A stretch of DNA of 61,636 nt, counting the filler. It is 5 parts of 5 records of this genome, joined end to end, with 100 filler letters (N's around TTAATTAATTAA, not from the genome) between each part and the next. Parts side by side here need not be neighbours in the genome. Positions count along the whole stretch, not along the records: positions 43,538 to 61,636 come from DRR378314_2669; 4 more parts are not named here. The stretch is one strand, 5' to 3'. The position numbers and the translations under genes are program-made. Under the pieces are notes generated by a model, which had not been told where the DNA came from, ran no database searches, and saw nothing but the letters and a program-made list of their open reading frames with translations. Each line of letters starts with the position of its first letter. Within the stretch, counting starts at the first letter, position 1. Below, piece after piece: positions 43,692-53,814 of the stretch.

Positions 43692-45110
43692 ATGTTCCAA
43701 CCGATCATCGACAACACCAAGGTTCCTGCTGGCGGGCGCGAGGTTCGCCCCCTGGTCAACCCTGCCCTCGGTCAGCCGTTTGATGAGTTTGTCTGCGCCA
43801 ACGAAGAAGATGCCGACAACGCCGCCGAAGCCGCTGGGCGAGCGTTCGAAGCATGGTCGCAGGTGCCACCGAAACATCGTGCCTGGGTGCTGGACGACAT
43901 TGCCGCCCGTATCAAGGCTGCGTCCGAGAAGTTGGCAGCGCAGATAACTACAGAACAGGGCAAGCCGCTGGACGAGGCTCGTCTTGAGATGGCTGGGGTT
44001 GTCGGCATGTTCGAACATTTCGCCGAGATGGCGGATACCATGACCTTTTCCTACGAACGACCGGGGCAAGGCGCTCGCCGCACCATCGACATGGTGCCGG
44101 TGGGGCCCGTGATCGTCATAACCACATGGAATTTCCCGGTAGAAACCGCAGCCGTACATATTGCTCCCGCGCTGGCGGCGGGCTGTACTGTGGTGGTGCT
44201 GGCCAATAACGACACACCCTCGTCAGTTGCGATGTTGGTCGAGGTCATTAATGAATCCAGTCTGCCCTCTGGTGCGATAAACTTAGTCATGGGGTCGTCC
44301 TCGAAACTGTCGGACCGTCTGATCAAACACCCAGTTATGCGGCATTTGTCCTATACCGGCTCGGTCAATGTAGGTCGAGTTCTAGCCTCGAAATGTGGGG
44401 CTCAGATCATGCGTTGCACGCTGGAGCTGGGCGGCAATGCGCCCGCCATCGTGTTGCCGGGCTCGAATGTGGAAGAGGTGGCAAATGCTCTGATCTCAAA
44501 ACGGTTCTGGAATGCCGGGCAGGTCTGCACCGCGCCCAACCGAATCTATGTGAACCGCGACCAGCACGACGCTTTTGCTGAGGCTGCGGGCGCCTACGCT
44601 CTCAAGCTGGTGCTGGGAGATGGCGCAGCCGAGGACACCACTATGGGACCACTGGCCAATATGGAACGTGTGCAGTCGATGGACAAGATCACCGCTGATG
44701 CGCTGGCCAAAGGGGCGACATCGGTGCTGAATGAGCCCACTCCGCAGAACGAGGGCTACTACGCCCCGCCCCGCGTGTTCGCAAACGTACCGGATGACGC
44801 CCTGGGCATGGAAAAAGAGATTTTTGGCCCAATCGCCTGTATCGCCCCCTACGATGATCTGGATGACATCATCACCCGCTCAAATGATTGCGAGCTGGGC
44901 CTGTCGAGCTATGTCTACGGCCCCAATCAGGCCGAGGCCGAGGCTGTCGCCGCTCGACTGCAAACTGGCACTGTTGCCGTCAACCAGTTGACCACCGCCT
45001 ATATCGATGTCCCTTTTGGCGGGGTGAAGGCCAGCGGACTCGGCTGTGTCGGTGGCGAGGCCGCGGTACAGGAGTATCTGTTCCCACGGCTGACAGCTGC
45101 GAAACCCTGA
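43692..45110 (+). CDS. Aldehyde dehydrogenase (SSADH-like)
   Basis: WNFP, YTGS, LELGG (catalytic Glu), AGQVC (catalytic Cys), EIFGP, PFGGVKASG; start taken at MFQPII. Confidence 0.9.
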   Translation: MFQPIIDNTKVPAGGREVRPLVNPALGQPFDEFVCANEEDADNAAEAAGRAFEAWSQVPPKHRAWVLDDIAARIKAASEKLAAQITTEQGKPLDEARLEMAGVVGMFEHFAEMADTMTFSYERPGQGARRTIDMVPVGPVIVITTWNFPVETAAVHIAPALAAGCTVVVLANNDTPSSVAMLVEVINESSLPSGAINLVMGSSSKLSDRLIKHPVMRHLSYTGSVNVGRVLASKCGAQIMRCTLELGGNAPAIVLPGSNVEEVANALISKRFWNAGQVCTAPNRIYVNRDQHDAFAEAAGAYALKLVLGDGAAEDTTMGPLANMERVQSMDKITADALAKGATSVLNEPTPQNEGYYAPPRVFANVPDDALGMEKEIFGPIACIAPYDDLDDIITRSNDCELGLSSYVYGPNQAEAEAVAARLQTGTVAVNQLTTAYIDVPFGGVKASGLGCVGGEAAVQEYLFPRLTAAKP

Positions 45111-45132
45111 ATTGAACTCCCCCAAACTGAAT

Positions 45133-45159
45133 AGGGCGACCAATGGCCGCCCTTTTTTT
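45133..45159 (+). terminator. Rho-independent terminator between the convergent ALDH and GMC genes
   Basis: AGGGCGACC-AAT-GGCCGCCCT followed by a T-run. Confidence 0.75.
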
Positions 45160-45172
45160 CCATTGATTACCT

Positions 45173-46819
45173 TCAGCGCTGCGCCGTTTCCCAATTCGGG
45201 TCCGAGAAATACGGCAAATTCGAGGGGGACAGCGGGTCTTTGCCCAAGATCATGTCCGAAGCCTTTTCTCCGATCATCATCGTCGGACAGTTGAGGTTGG
45301 CCGACGGAATGACGGGCATGATCGAGGCATCCGCTACCCGCAGATTGGCAATACCATGCACCCGGCATTCCGGATCGACCACTGCCAGCTTGTCCACACC
45401 CATCTTGCAGGTGCCGGATGGGTGGTACGAGGAATGGCAGTTCTCGCGCAGCCAAGCCTCGATATCAGCATCGCTTTGCACCGTTGCGCCGGGGAATATC
45501 TCATCGCCGGTAAAAGCAGCCAATGACGGTTGCTCGGTCAGTTCGCGCGATAGGCGAAGGCCTGCTTTCAGTTCTTCGACATCTTCCGCGTCTTCCAGCA
45601 TGTTATAGCGGATACGCGGGGCAGCGAAGGGGTCGTTTGAGGCCAACTTGACATGCCCCCGGCTTTGCGGGCGCTGGTTGGTGAACTGCAGCTGGAAAGC
45701 ATGCTCCTTGATAAAATCGGCCGAGCCTTCAGCCACGGCAATCTGAAACAGTGCGACCTGCATGTTCGGAAATCGCACGCCTGCCTTGGTGCGGATGAAA
45801 CAGACTGCATCAAAATGGTTGTTGGCTAACAGACCTTTGCGGGTCAGTGCCCAGTCAATTACCCCTTTGGCCTGGCTAAACAGGTTCAGTTGCCGGTAGA
45901 GCGTAACCGGCCTAGTGCATTTCACCTGCAACGAGGTCAGCGGGTGATCCATCAGGTTCTCGCCCACACCGGGAAGGTCATGCACCACTTCGATCCCGTG
46001 TTGGATTAGCTGTGGCGCCGGGCCGACACCCGAATGCAGCAGTATGGTCGGGCTATTAAAGGCTCCCGCCGACAGCACAACTTCGCGTCTAGCGGTAGCG
46101 GCGACCTCGCGCCCACCTTGCACATATCGCACGCCTTTTGCGGCCCTGTCTTCGATGATCAGGTTCCGGACCGTGCAGCCGGTCTGGATATCTAGATTGA
46201 ACGGGGGATTTCGCAGATAGCAATAGGCGGTCGATGAACGGCGCCCATCAGCGACGTTCTTGGGCAGATAGCCGAACCCGTCCTGCTGACCACCATTTAC
46301 ATCGTCAGTGCGGCGATATCCTGCTTCTTCACCCGCCTTCAGAAATGCCTGCGTCAACGGATTGTCTGAGCCCATGGTCGAAGCGCGGACATGACCGTCG
46401 TGGCCCTGATATTCGGTATTACCGTCCACACGGGTTTCCAGCCGTTTGAAATAGGGCAAAACCTCAGAATAAGACCAGCCGCGTGCACCGCCTTCGGCCC
46501 AGCCTTCGTAATCCATCGGGTGGCCGCGCAGATACAATTGACCGTTGATCGAGCTGGATCCACCAAGCACCTTGCCACGCGGTTGCACTAGCACACGGTT
46601 GTTCAGATAGGGTTCGGGCTCGGTTTCAAAGTTCCAGTTGTATTTCGGTGCGTTATAGGCGTAGCGCATGGCCGCAGGCACATGAAACAACAGGCTGGAA
46701 TCCTTCGGTCCCGCTTCCAGCAACAGTACTTTGTTGTTGCGGTCTTCAGCCAACCTGGCCGCAATGATTGCCCCGGCGCTACCCGAGCCGACCACGATGA
46801 AATCATATACTGTTTGCAT
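45173..46819 (-). CDS. GMC oxidoreductase, choline-dehydrogenase-like
   Basis: VGSGSAG, RGKVLGGSSSING, YHPSGTCKMG, SANLNCPT (His/Asn pair). Confidence 0.92.
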   Translation of the reverse strand: MQTVYDFIVVGSGSAGAIIAARLAEDRNNKVLLLEAGPKDSSLLFHVPAAMRYAYNAPKYNWNFETEPEPYLNNRVLVQPRGKVLGGSSSINGQLYLRGHPMDYEGWAEGGARGWSYSEVLPYFKRLETRVDGNTEYQGHDGHVRASTMGSDNPLTQAFLKAGEEAGYRRTDDVNGGQQDGFGYLPKNVADGRRSSTAYCYLRNPPFNLDIQTGCTVRNLIIEDRAAKGVRYVQGGREVAATARREVVLSAGAFNSPTILLHSGVGPAPQLIQHGIEVVHDLPGVGENLMDHPLTSLQVKCTRPVTLYRQLNLFSQAKGVIDWALTRKGLLANNHFDAVCFIRTKAGVRFPNMQVALFQIAVAEGSADFIKEHAFQLQFTNQRPQSRGHVKLASNDPFAAPRIRYNMLEDAEDVEELKAGLRLSRELTEQPSLAAFTGDEIFPGATVQSDADIEAWLRENCHSSYHPSGTCKMGVDKLAVVDPECRVHGIANLRVADASIMPVIPSANLNCPTMMIGEKASDMILGKDPLSPSNLPYFSDPNWETAQR

Positions 46820-46856
46820 TTCGACTTCGTTATTGATTGCACCCCCGATCGACAGA

Positions 46857-47543
46857 TCAGGCGGTGTTAGTGACAGACAATTCGTCCTGGGTTTCCGCTT
46901 CAGTCAGTTCCTTCGCGGCACGCGTTGTGGCTTGATCGATATGCGTGGTCATTTCCGCAACTGCGGCGGCAACGTCACCTCTTTTAGCCGCATCGAGAAT
47001 ACGAGCATGTTCGCCGTGCAGTTTTCCTAGCTGATGTTCATGTGTGACCACGCGAAACTGTGTCAGTCGCGCAATGCCATCATACTGATCTGAAACGATA
47101 TCCAGTGATCGTTGCAGCCGCGACGGTCCCAGCAGGGTCAGATGGAAGTCCTTGTTCAGCTCCACCATCTCCCAAGGGTCTTTGACCTTCTCAGTTCGAT
47201 TCAGAACCTTTTCACACGCTTTTAAGGTTTTCGCGGTATGCCTCGGGACGGCGTCCGTCAGAATAATTGGTTCTAAAGCGCCACGAATCTGGTTCATCTC
47301 CACAAGGTCCCGAACGTCGATGCGCGCGATGATCGGGCTACGGCGGGGGCGCAACTCGATCAGGTTTTCCGAGGCCAGCATCCTTACTGCTTCCCGCAGT
47401 GGGACGATCGAGACATCCATCTCGGCTGCCAAGGGCATGATCTTTAGCTCTTGGCCAGGTTCCCATTCACCAGCAATGATTTGTCTTTTTAAGATCTCAT
47501 AGATCGCTTTGGGGCCATCGCCGTAGTTGAGAAATTCTTTCAT
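46857..47543 (-). CDS. GntR-family regulator with FCD domain
   Basis: VSIVPLREAVRML wHTH; NKDFH, EHARI, MTTH FCD motifs; 4-bp overlap with the amidase. Confidence 0.9.
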   Translation of the reverse strand: MKEFLNYGDGPKAIYEILKRQIIAGEWEPGQELKIMPLAAEMDVSIVPLREAVRMLASENLIELRPRRSPIIARIDVRDLVEMNQIRGALEPIILTDAVPRHTAKTLKACEKVLNRTEKVKDPWEMVELNKDFHLTLLGPSRLQRSLDIVSDQYDGIARLTQFRVVTHEHQLGKLHGEHARILDAAKRGDVAAAVAEMTTHIDQATTRAAKELTEAETQDELSVTNTA

Positions 47544-48967
47544 AATCCCCTTCCCATTTGCATGACACCAGAACTGTTGAGTGCATTTGCTGCCGCAAGC
47601 AATAAATCGTCGCTGCTGAATGCCCCGACCAGTTGCACTCCAACCGGCATTCCCTCAATTCGGTCGGCGATAGGCATGACGCACGCGGGCAGATACAGCA
47701 AACTGCCAAGCATATATAGCATGTGAAGCTTCAGAATAGGCATATCGCTGCCGTTCACCGGGAGGGTTTGGTCCACTGCATCATTGGCGAAACGAAACCG
47801 AGGCGCCGGACCCGCAGACGCTGGACACAGAAGAACATCAAATTCCTCAAAAAACCAAGCCACTTTCCGGCACATCTCCAACCTCTCCTCATGCAGGATC
47901 AACCAGTCCCGGTGGCTGAGGGCGGTACCTTTCGCGTTGCGTTCTGCGAGTTTGTTATTAGTGGCGGGCTCCAACTGCTGTCGCACGCGATAATCTGCAA
48001 AAAGTTCAGTTTTCCGCGAGGTTTCCGCACGAACCAGTAAGTTCATCACCTCGGTCGCCCGTTCAAAATCAATATCGGGTTGCGCCTGGACAACCGTTGT
48101 CCCGGTATTTCGTAGGCGGTCGGTAAACCTGTCGAATGCTTGCTGATAGCGTGTATCAATCGGGCAGCCTGACAGCGTGGGCAATTGTGCGATTTTGATC
48201 TTTTTGGGAAGGGACTCTTTGTCCGAGGCGGGCTTGCTACGCAAAACCGAAAGTGCCAGAGCGATATCGCGGGCCGAGCGGGCCAGAGGACCTGCCGCTC
48301 CGATATCAGGTTCACGAAGTTCATTCAGTGGGCTGTGCCCAGCAAGCGAGATTTCACCCCAGCTCGGCTTCAATCCGAAAACACCACAGCAATGTGCTGG
48401 ATAACGGATTGAACCGCCCTGATCGCTGCCGATGTCAATGTAGGACATGCCGCTGGCCACCGCTGCCGCCGAACCGCCTGACGACCCTCCCGCGCTGCGA
48501 CTTGGATCATGCGGGTTGCGCGTCTGTCCGAACAAGGGGTTCGCTGTTTCCCAATCCGATAAATATGGGGGGATGTTGGTTTTGCCAATAATGACCGCAC
48601 CCGCCGTTTTCAGGCGCGAGACGACATGTGAATCGGTTTCCGCGATACAGTTGGATCGGTCAGGATCGCCCCATGTTGTTGGGTGCCCGGCCCAATCGAA
48701 ACATTCCTTTATGGTAACCGGAACACCGTGGAGCGGCCCAAAGCAATCTTCAGCACCGTCGCAGGCATCGGCCTGTGCCCTCGCACCCACTCTGTCCTCA
48801 TAGACCACGGCATTGATCGCGTCATTGCGGTCATCGATTGCCGCCAAACAGGCTTCCAGCGCATCGCGCGCCGACACTTCTTTGCCGGCAATAGCTGCAC
48901 GCAGCGTCACCGCATCCGGATAGAGGCCGTATGCCCTGTTTGGATGTGATGACACCATTTGAATCAT
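47540..48967 (-). CDS. Amidase signature family enzyme
   Basis: [29 protein letters not shown] (Lys-Ser-Ser triad). Confidence 0.92.
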   Translation of the reverse strand: MIQMVSSHPNRAYGLYPDAVTLRAAIAGKEVSARDALEACLAAIDDRNDAINAVVYEDRVGARAQADACDGAEDCFGPLHGVPVTIKECFDWAGHPTTWGDPDRSNCIAETDSHVVSRLKTAGAVIIGKTNIPPYLSDWETANPLFGQTRNPHDPSRSAGGSSGGSAAAVASGMSYIDIGSDQGGSIRYPAHCCGVFGLKPSWGEISLAGHSPLNELREPDIGAAGPLARSARDIALALSVLRSKPASDKESLPKKIKIAQLPTLSGCPIDTRYQQAFDRFTDRLRNTGTTVVQAQPDIDFERATEVMNLLVRAETSRKTELFADYRVRQQLEPATNNKLAERNAKGTALSHRDWLILHEERLEMCRKVAWFFEEFDVLLCPASAGPAPRFRFANDAVDQTLPVNGSDMPILKLHMLYMLGSLLYLPACVMPIADRIEGMPVGVQLVGAFSSDDLLLAAANALNSSGVMQMGRGL

Positions 48968-49740
48968 CCTGCCTCCAAAACCTTGGACAAGAACTGCTTC
49001 AGACGATCATGCTGCGGATTGCCAAACAGATCATCCGGTTTGCCCTGCTCGACCATCTTGCCGCCATCGAAGAAACAGACACGATCCGACACTTCGCGCG
49101 CAAAGCCCATCTGGTGTGTGACCAACAGCATGGTGTAATCGCCGGATTTCGCCAGATCGCGGATCACCTCTAGTACTTCACCGACCATTTCCGGGTCCAG
49201 CGCTGATGTCGGCTCGTCAAACAGCAAAATTTCGGGATGCATTGCAAGTGTTCGAGCGATGGCAACACGCTGTTGCTGGCCACCTGATAGCTGACTGGGA
49301 TAGTGATTGGCCTTTTCCGCCAGCCCCACCATTTCCAGCAACCGCATGGATTCCTCAGTCGCCTCGGCTTTGGACTTGCCTTGAGTGTGGATCGGACTTT
49401 CGTTGCAGTTATCCAATGCCGTCATGTGCGGAAAGAGGTTGAAGCTCTGAAACACCATTCCAATCTTGGACCGAATGCGACGGATATGTGCCTTGGACGC
49501 ATCCACCAGCTGGCCGTCCACGTTCATCTTGTTCAGCGGCTCGCCGTCAACATACATGGTACCGCCCTGAATGCCCTCCAACGTCATCAGAACACGCAAA
49601 ACGGTGGTTTTGCCCGAACCAGAGGGACCGATGATCGAGACCACCTCGCCATTATCGACCGAGAAGTCCAGATCCTTGAGGACCTGCAGCGCCCCATAGG
49701 CCTTGAGGACTTTGTCGAATTGAATCATGGGGTGGGTCAA
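48964..49740 (-). CDS. ehuA: EhuA-like polar amino acid ABC ATPase
   Basis: [42 protein letters not shown]. Confidence 0.85.
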   Translation of the reverse strand: MTHPMIQFDKVLKAYGALQVLKDLDFSVDNGEVVSIIGPSGSGKTTVLRVLMTLEGIQGGTMYVDGEPLNKMNVDGQLVDASKAHIRRIRSKIGMVFQSFNLFPHMTALDNCNESPIHTQGKSKAEATEESMRLLEMVGLAEKANHYPSQLSGGQQQRVAIARTLAMHPEILLFDEPTSALDPEMVGEVLEVIRDLAKSGDYTMLLVTHQMGFAREVSDRVCFFDGGKMVEQGKPDDLFGNPQHDRLKQFLSKVLEAG

Positions 49741-50402
49741 TGCAGGATGCTCCTCTTGACGTAGTTTTCAACGAGACGGATGCCGAAGGCCGCGATCAGG
49801 CTCATGACCAGAAAGAATATCCCGGCGATGGTGATCGCCTCGGTGAACCGATAATATTCTGCCCCGATCAGTTTCGAAACTTGCATGATCTCGGCCACAG
49901 CAACGAATGACAACAGCGGCGTTTCCTTAAAGATCGCAACCAGATAGTTACCCAATGCGGGCACGATCGGCGGTAAAGATTGCGGAATAATCACATCCCG
50001 GAAGGTGCGATAGGTTGACATGTTCAGCGCGGTGCATGCTTCCCACTGACCCTTGGGGACTGCCTGAAACCCCGCGCGATAAACCTCGGCGCACAGCGCG
50101 GAATTATAGATGCCGATGGCCAGAATGCCCGTGGTCAGCGGTGGCAGGGTCAAACCGATCTCGGGCAACAGAAAAAACAGAAAGAAGATCTGAACCAACA
50201 ATGGTGTGGCTCGGATAAACTCGATCAGTTCGGTTGCCGGACGGCTGATCCAGGCCGACCGGTTGGTTTTCAAAAGCATGAGGATCAACCCGCCCACCAA
50301 TGCAAAGGCAAAGCTGGCTACTGTGGCCCAGATCGTTACGCCCGCAGCTTGCCACATCTTGGGCAGAACCACATCGAAGGTAAAATCCCATCTCCAATCC
50401 AT
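49737..50402 (-). CDS. ehuD: EhuD-like ABC permease
   Basis: MDWRWDF N-terminus, [25 protein letters not shown]. Confidence 0.8.
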   Translation of the reverse strand: MDWRWDFTFDVVLPKMWQAAGVTIWATVASFAFALVGGLILMLLKTNRSAWISRPATELIEFIRATPLLVQIFFLFFLLPEIGLTLPPLTTGILAIGIYNSALCAEVYRAGFQAVPKGQWEACTALNMSTYRTFRDVIIPQSLPPIVPALGNYLVAIFKETPLLSFVAVAEIMQVSKLIGAEYYRFTEAITIAGIFFLVMSLIAAFGIRLVENYVKRSILH

Positions 50403-50405
50403 GGC

Positions 50406-51131
50406 TCAGACCCTCTTGCTCAGGTGACGGGTGTAATGCTCTTCTAGCGCCTCACCGCCGAACCGCACGAACTGTGCGAAGACGTAGTAAAGCAGCATGG
50501 TGATGAAGAAGATCTCTACCGTTCGGTAATGCAACTGGTTCTGCTGAACCGCGGCATAGGTGATGTCGACCAAGGTCACTGCTGACACCAGTGCCGTTGC
50601 CTTGATCAGTTCAATGGTCAAATTGCTCATACCAGGGATCATGATAGCGATGGCTTGCGGCAAAACGATCCGCGTCAAGCGCTTATAAGGCGCCATATTT
50701 AGAGCGATGGTTGCCTCGGTCTGGCCTTTCGGCACGGCCGCGATCGCTCCGCGCACGACCTCGGCCCCATAGGCGCCAAAGTTCAAGCCGATGGCCGTCA
50801 CACCGGCTACCATTGGAGACAGGGTGACGCCAAACTCAGGCATTACGAAGAACATCCAGAACAGGATGACCAGCAGCGACGTTCCCCGGAACACCTCGAT
50901 GTAAAAAATCGAAGCCCAACGGATGGGCCTATTGGCAGACAGCCTGCCGATGCCAGAGATCACCGACATAAAGAGAAACAGCGCAATCGACAGGATCGAG
51001 ACCTGAACGGTCACCACCGCCCCTTTCAGAATGGCAGGCAGAAATACCCGCATTTCTGAAAACGTAGCGAAGGTCATACCGACCAGAAAGGCGATCAACG
51101 CGGATACGATGGCGATGCGATTCATGCTCAT
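50406..51131 (-). CDS. ehuC: EhuC-like ABC permease
   Basis: YIEVFRGTSLLV, GAYGAEVVRGAI, ELIKATALVS. Confidence 0.8.
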   Translation of the reverse strand: MSMNRIAIVSALIAFLVGMTFATFSEMRVFLPAILKGAVVTVQVSILSIALFLFMSVISGIGRLSANRPIRWASIFYIEVFRGTSLLVILFWMFFVMPEFGVTLSPMVAGVTAIGLNFGAYGAEVVRGAIAAVPKGQTEATIALNMAPYKRLTRIVLPQAIAIMIPGMSNLTIELIKATALVSAVTLVDITYAAVQQNQLHYRTVEIFFITMLLYYVFAQFVRFGGEALEEHYTRHLSKRV

Positions 51132-51153
51132 TCCCCGCAAGTGTTTCGTGTTT

Positions 51154-51176
51154 CCCGGCCCGTTGGTCGGGCCGGG
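51154..51176. other. Stem-loop downstream of the binding-protein gene at 51190-52038
   Basis: CCCGGCCCG-TTGGT-CGGGCCGGG. Confidence 0.7.
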
Positions 51177-51189
51177 TTCCTTCATGGGC

Positions 51190-52038
51190 TCAACCGCCGC
51201 AGAGCTCGGCTGTTGAACTGATTGGCAGTTCATCTGCCGTCATTCCGTGCTTTTCCATGATCGCAATATGTTCAGGTGAACCAATGAAATCTGCCATCGT
51301 TGCATTGAAGGCGGCGACGAATTCAGCATCATCCGGACGGAAGGCAAACGCGCCGTGCGACACCGCCGGCTGACCTGCCACTTCGGCAAAAACCGGAGTG
51401 GACTCGACGCCACCGGGATCGCTGGCAATGATCTGCCGCACACCCGGTGCTGATACCGCCCAGGCATCAATGCGGCCGGCTTTCAGCGCCGCAACACCCG
51501 TTGGGTTGTCCGGCAGTTGTGAAATACTTGCATCATCCACACCGGCAGCCTGCGCATAGCCGACCTGAGCGGCGCCGGCCACGGCACCCACTTTCAGACC
51601 GTTCTCGGCAATGGACTCGTAGTTGCTAACGCCTTTCGGATTACCCTTTTCTACCAGCATTGCTTGTTGAATCCCGAATGTCGGTTCGGAAAATTGCACT
51701 TCGGCGCAGCGCTTGGGCGTCACGAACATGCCAGCAGCAACCACATCGAAACGATCAGCTTTGAGCCCGGGGATCAGGGCACCCCATTCGGTCGAGTTCG
51801 CCTCAGCCACTTTTCCACCCATCTTTTCTAGGACGGTTGTGAGTGTTTCGACATCGGTGCCAACCAAGTTATCATCGGCGTCTTTATAAGCATAAGGCGA
51901 AAAATTATAGAACGCGACCCGCAGGCCTTCGCCCGTTGCACGCTCGTTCAGTGTTTCGGCAAAGCTGGCCGTTGCGGAAAGGGCAACGGTAGCCATTGCT
52001 GTCGCGGTAGACAGCAGGTGTCGGCGCATAAATTTCAT
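51190..52038 (-). CDS. EhuB-like substrate-binding protein, copy 1
   Basis: Signal peptide; EWGALIPGL, AGMFVTPKRC, GNPKG, AFAFR, terminal LC as in EhuB. Confidence 0.85.
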   Translation of the reverse strand: MKFMRRHLLSTATAMATVALSATASFAETLNERATGEGLRVAFYNFSPYAYKDADDNLVGTDVETLTTVLEKMGGKVAEANSTEWGALIPGLKADRFDVVAAGMFVTPKRCAEVQFSEPTFGIQQAMLVEKGNPKGVSNYESIAENGLKVGAVAGAAQVGYAQAAGVDDASISQLPDNPTGVAALKAGRIDAWAVSAPGVRQIIASDPGGVESTPVFAEVAGQPAVSHGAFAFRPDDAEFVAAFNATMADFIGSPEHIAIMEKHGMTADELPISSTAELCGG

Positions 52039-52811
52039 GTTATTTCTCCTTGTTGATGAGTAGTTTTTTCTTTTTCGAAGTTTTCAAGTAACCGGCCATA
52101 ACCGGGTATACTGTTCGTAAGGCCTGAATGGGTGACAAGCTGCCAGACCATCGCCTGATTGCTGGAAATCACAGGCAAGCCTGTTGCGGTTTCTATGCTT
52201 TCCAGCACCGTCAACGACTGGAAGTCAGTGCAGGAGACAAAGGTCGCATCGACGCCCCTCGTACTCAGCGACGTGGCCACTTTGAAGATTGCTTCCGGGG
52301 TCACGCGGCTGATATCAGCCGACCCGGTGATGCCAAAATCAAGTCGATTGACGATTTCGAACCCGCGCTCAGAAAACGTGTGCGCCATCAGATCGGCGAT
52401 TTCGCTTTCATATGGGGTGACCATATTCAGACGTTTGGCACCAAGATGGTCGAAGGCCGCGCAGGCTGCCTCTACAGGGTTTACAACAATGGCTTTTGGC
52501 GATGACTTGCGAATTGCGCTGCGTACATTGTCCGGCCCGATAGCGATCGTGCCCGAAGTACAGCCAAAAACCACAGCATCCAGTTCCACCTCAGGATTGA
52601 GGAGATCTACTGCGTCGCTCAGGACCGGCGCCATGTTTGCCAGCTGTTCCAGCGTGCAGTGGCCTCCAAAAGCAATTCTGGTGGTAAAAGTCAGAGCTTC
52701 GCGCGGCAGCATACGCACCAGGTCGCGCTCGATCACCTGATCATTGGCCAGGGCGACAACACCTATGCGATACTCGCCCGGACTGTTCCCGAATATCTTG
52801 CTTGCGTCCAT
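52035..52811 (-). CDS. EutA-like Asp/Glu racemase / maleate isomerase family enzyme
   Basis: FGCTSG and VSCTD two-Cys motifs, VTPY, SSNQA. Confidence 0.85.
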   Translation of the reverse strand: MDASKIFGNSPGEYRIGVVALANDQVIERDLVRMLPREALTFTTRIAFGGHCTLEQLANMAPVLSDAVDLLNPEVELDAVVFGCTSGTIAIGPDNVRSAIRKSSPKAIVVNPVEAACAAFDHLGAKRLNMVTPYESEIADLMAHTFSERGFEIVNRLDFGITGSADISRVTPEAIFKVATSLSTRGVDATFVSCTDFQSLTVLESIETATGLPVISSNQAMVWQLVTHSGLTNSIPGYGRLLENFEKEKTTHQQGEIT

Positions 52812-52866
52812 TTATCGGCACCTCACAGCCTTATCGGACCTGACCGCTTCGTCAAAGAGACCAACC

Positions 52867-52888
52867 GGCCGGGGCTAACACCCCGGCC
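52867..52888. other. Stem-loop downstream of the binding-protein gene at 52901-53758
   Basis: GGCCGGGG-CTAACA-CCCCGGCC. Confidence 0.7.
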
Positions 52889-52900
52889 AGACAATCAACC

Positions 52901-53758
52901 TTAGCCTTCACACAGGTCTGCGGTGCTGCGCGCGGGCAGTTCGCTTTTCTGCAGGCCGTGCGCCTCCATGATGGCGATATGCTCTGGCGTGCCGATGAAC
53001 GCGGTCAAAGTTTCGTTAAATTTCTTCACGAATTCGGCCTCGTCCGGGCGGAAAGCATAAGCACCATGGGGGCTGGCGGGCTTTCCGCCGACTTCGGCAA
53101 AGGGTTCGAGCATTTCAAAACCTTCACCACCGTCGCTGTTCACGGCAATCCGTGCCCCGGGTGCGTCGATTGTGAACGCAGCGGCTCGTCCTGCACGAAC
53201 GGCTGCCAGTCCGGTCGGGTTATCGGGCACCTGCATAATGTTGGCATCTTCGACACCAACGCTCTTGGCCCAGTCGACCTGCGCGGTACCAGCAATCGCT
53301 GCCAGCGTCCTGCCAGAAGCGGCGATACTCTCATACGAGCTGCCCAGGCCGTCGGGGTTGCCTTCTGGCACGATGATGGTGTTCTGAATGCCGAATGTCG
53401 GTTCAGAAAAGGCGACCTCACCGCAGCGTTTGGGTGTGACAAACATTGCTGCGGCGACGATGTCAAATCGATCGGCCTTGAGGCCGGGGATCAGGTTGCC
53501 CCATTCCGTGGCCGTCTCGGACTGGACCTTCAAACCCATCTCACCCAGCACATGGCGCAAGATTTCAACCTGCTCGCCCACGACGTCGCCATCGGCATTG
53601 ACGTAGCCAAAGGGCGCAAAGTTGTAATAAGCCACGCGTAGGCCTTCGCCGTTGCCACGTTCTTCGACGGTTTCGGCCGAGGCCATGACCGGCAGGGCCG
53701 CCATGACCAACCCGGCGGCCACTTTCAGAACAGTGCGACGCAGAATATTCGTTTTCAT
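52901..53758 (-). CDS. EhuB-like substrate-binding protein, copy 2
   Basis: Start MKTNILRR after GGAGG; clearly paralogous to copy 1 (GEGLRVAxYNF, EWGxLIPGLKADRFD, PDNPTG, FIGxPEHIAIME). Confidence 0.85.
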   Translation of the reverse strand: MKTNILRRTVLKVAAGLVMAALPVMASAETVEERGNGEGLRVAYYNFAPFGYVNADGDVVGEQVEILRHVLGEMGLKVQSETATEWGNLIPGLKADRFDIVAAAMFVTPKRCGEVAFSEPTFGIQNTIIVPEGNPDGLGSSYESIAASGRTLAAIAGTAQVDWAKSVGVEDANIMQVPDNPTGLAAVRAGRAAAFTIDAPGARIAVNSDGGEGFEMLEPFAEVGGKPASPHGAYAFRPDEAEFVKKFNETLTAFIGTPEHIAIMEAHGLQKSELPARSTADLCEG

Positions 53759-53814
53759 TATTTCCTCCCAGGTAGTTGGTCGAGGGCCGCCGAACTCAGG
53801 CGACCCTCCTTCGT

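Noticed and set aside
43692-46819. betA-betB choline oxidation pair
   Set aside because: Convergent orientation, SSADH-like rather than BetB-like ALDH, and no betI or betC.
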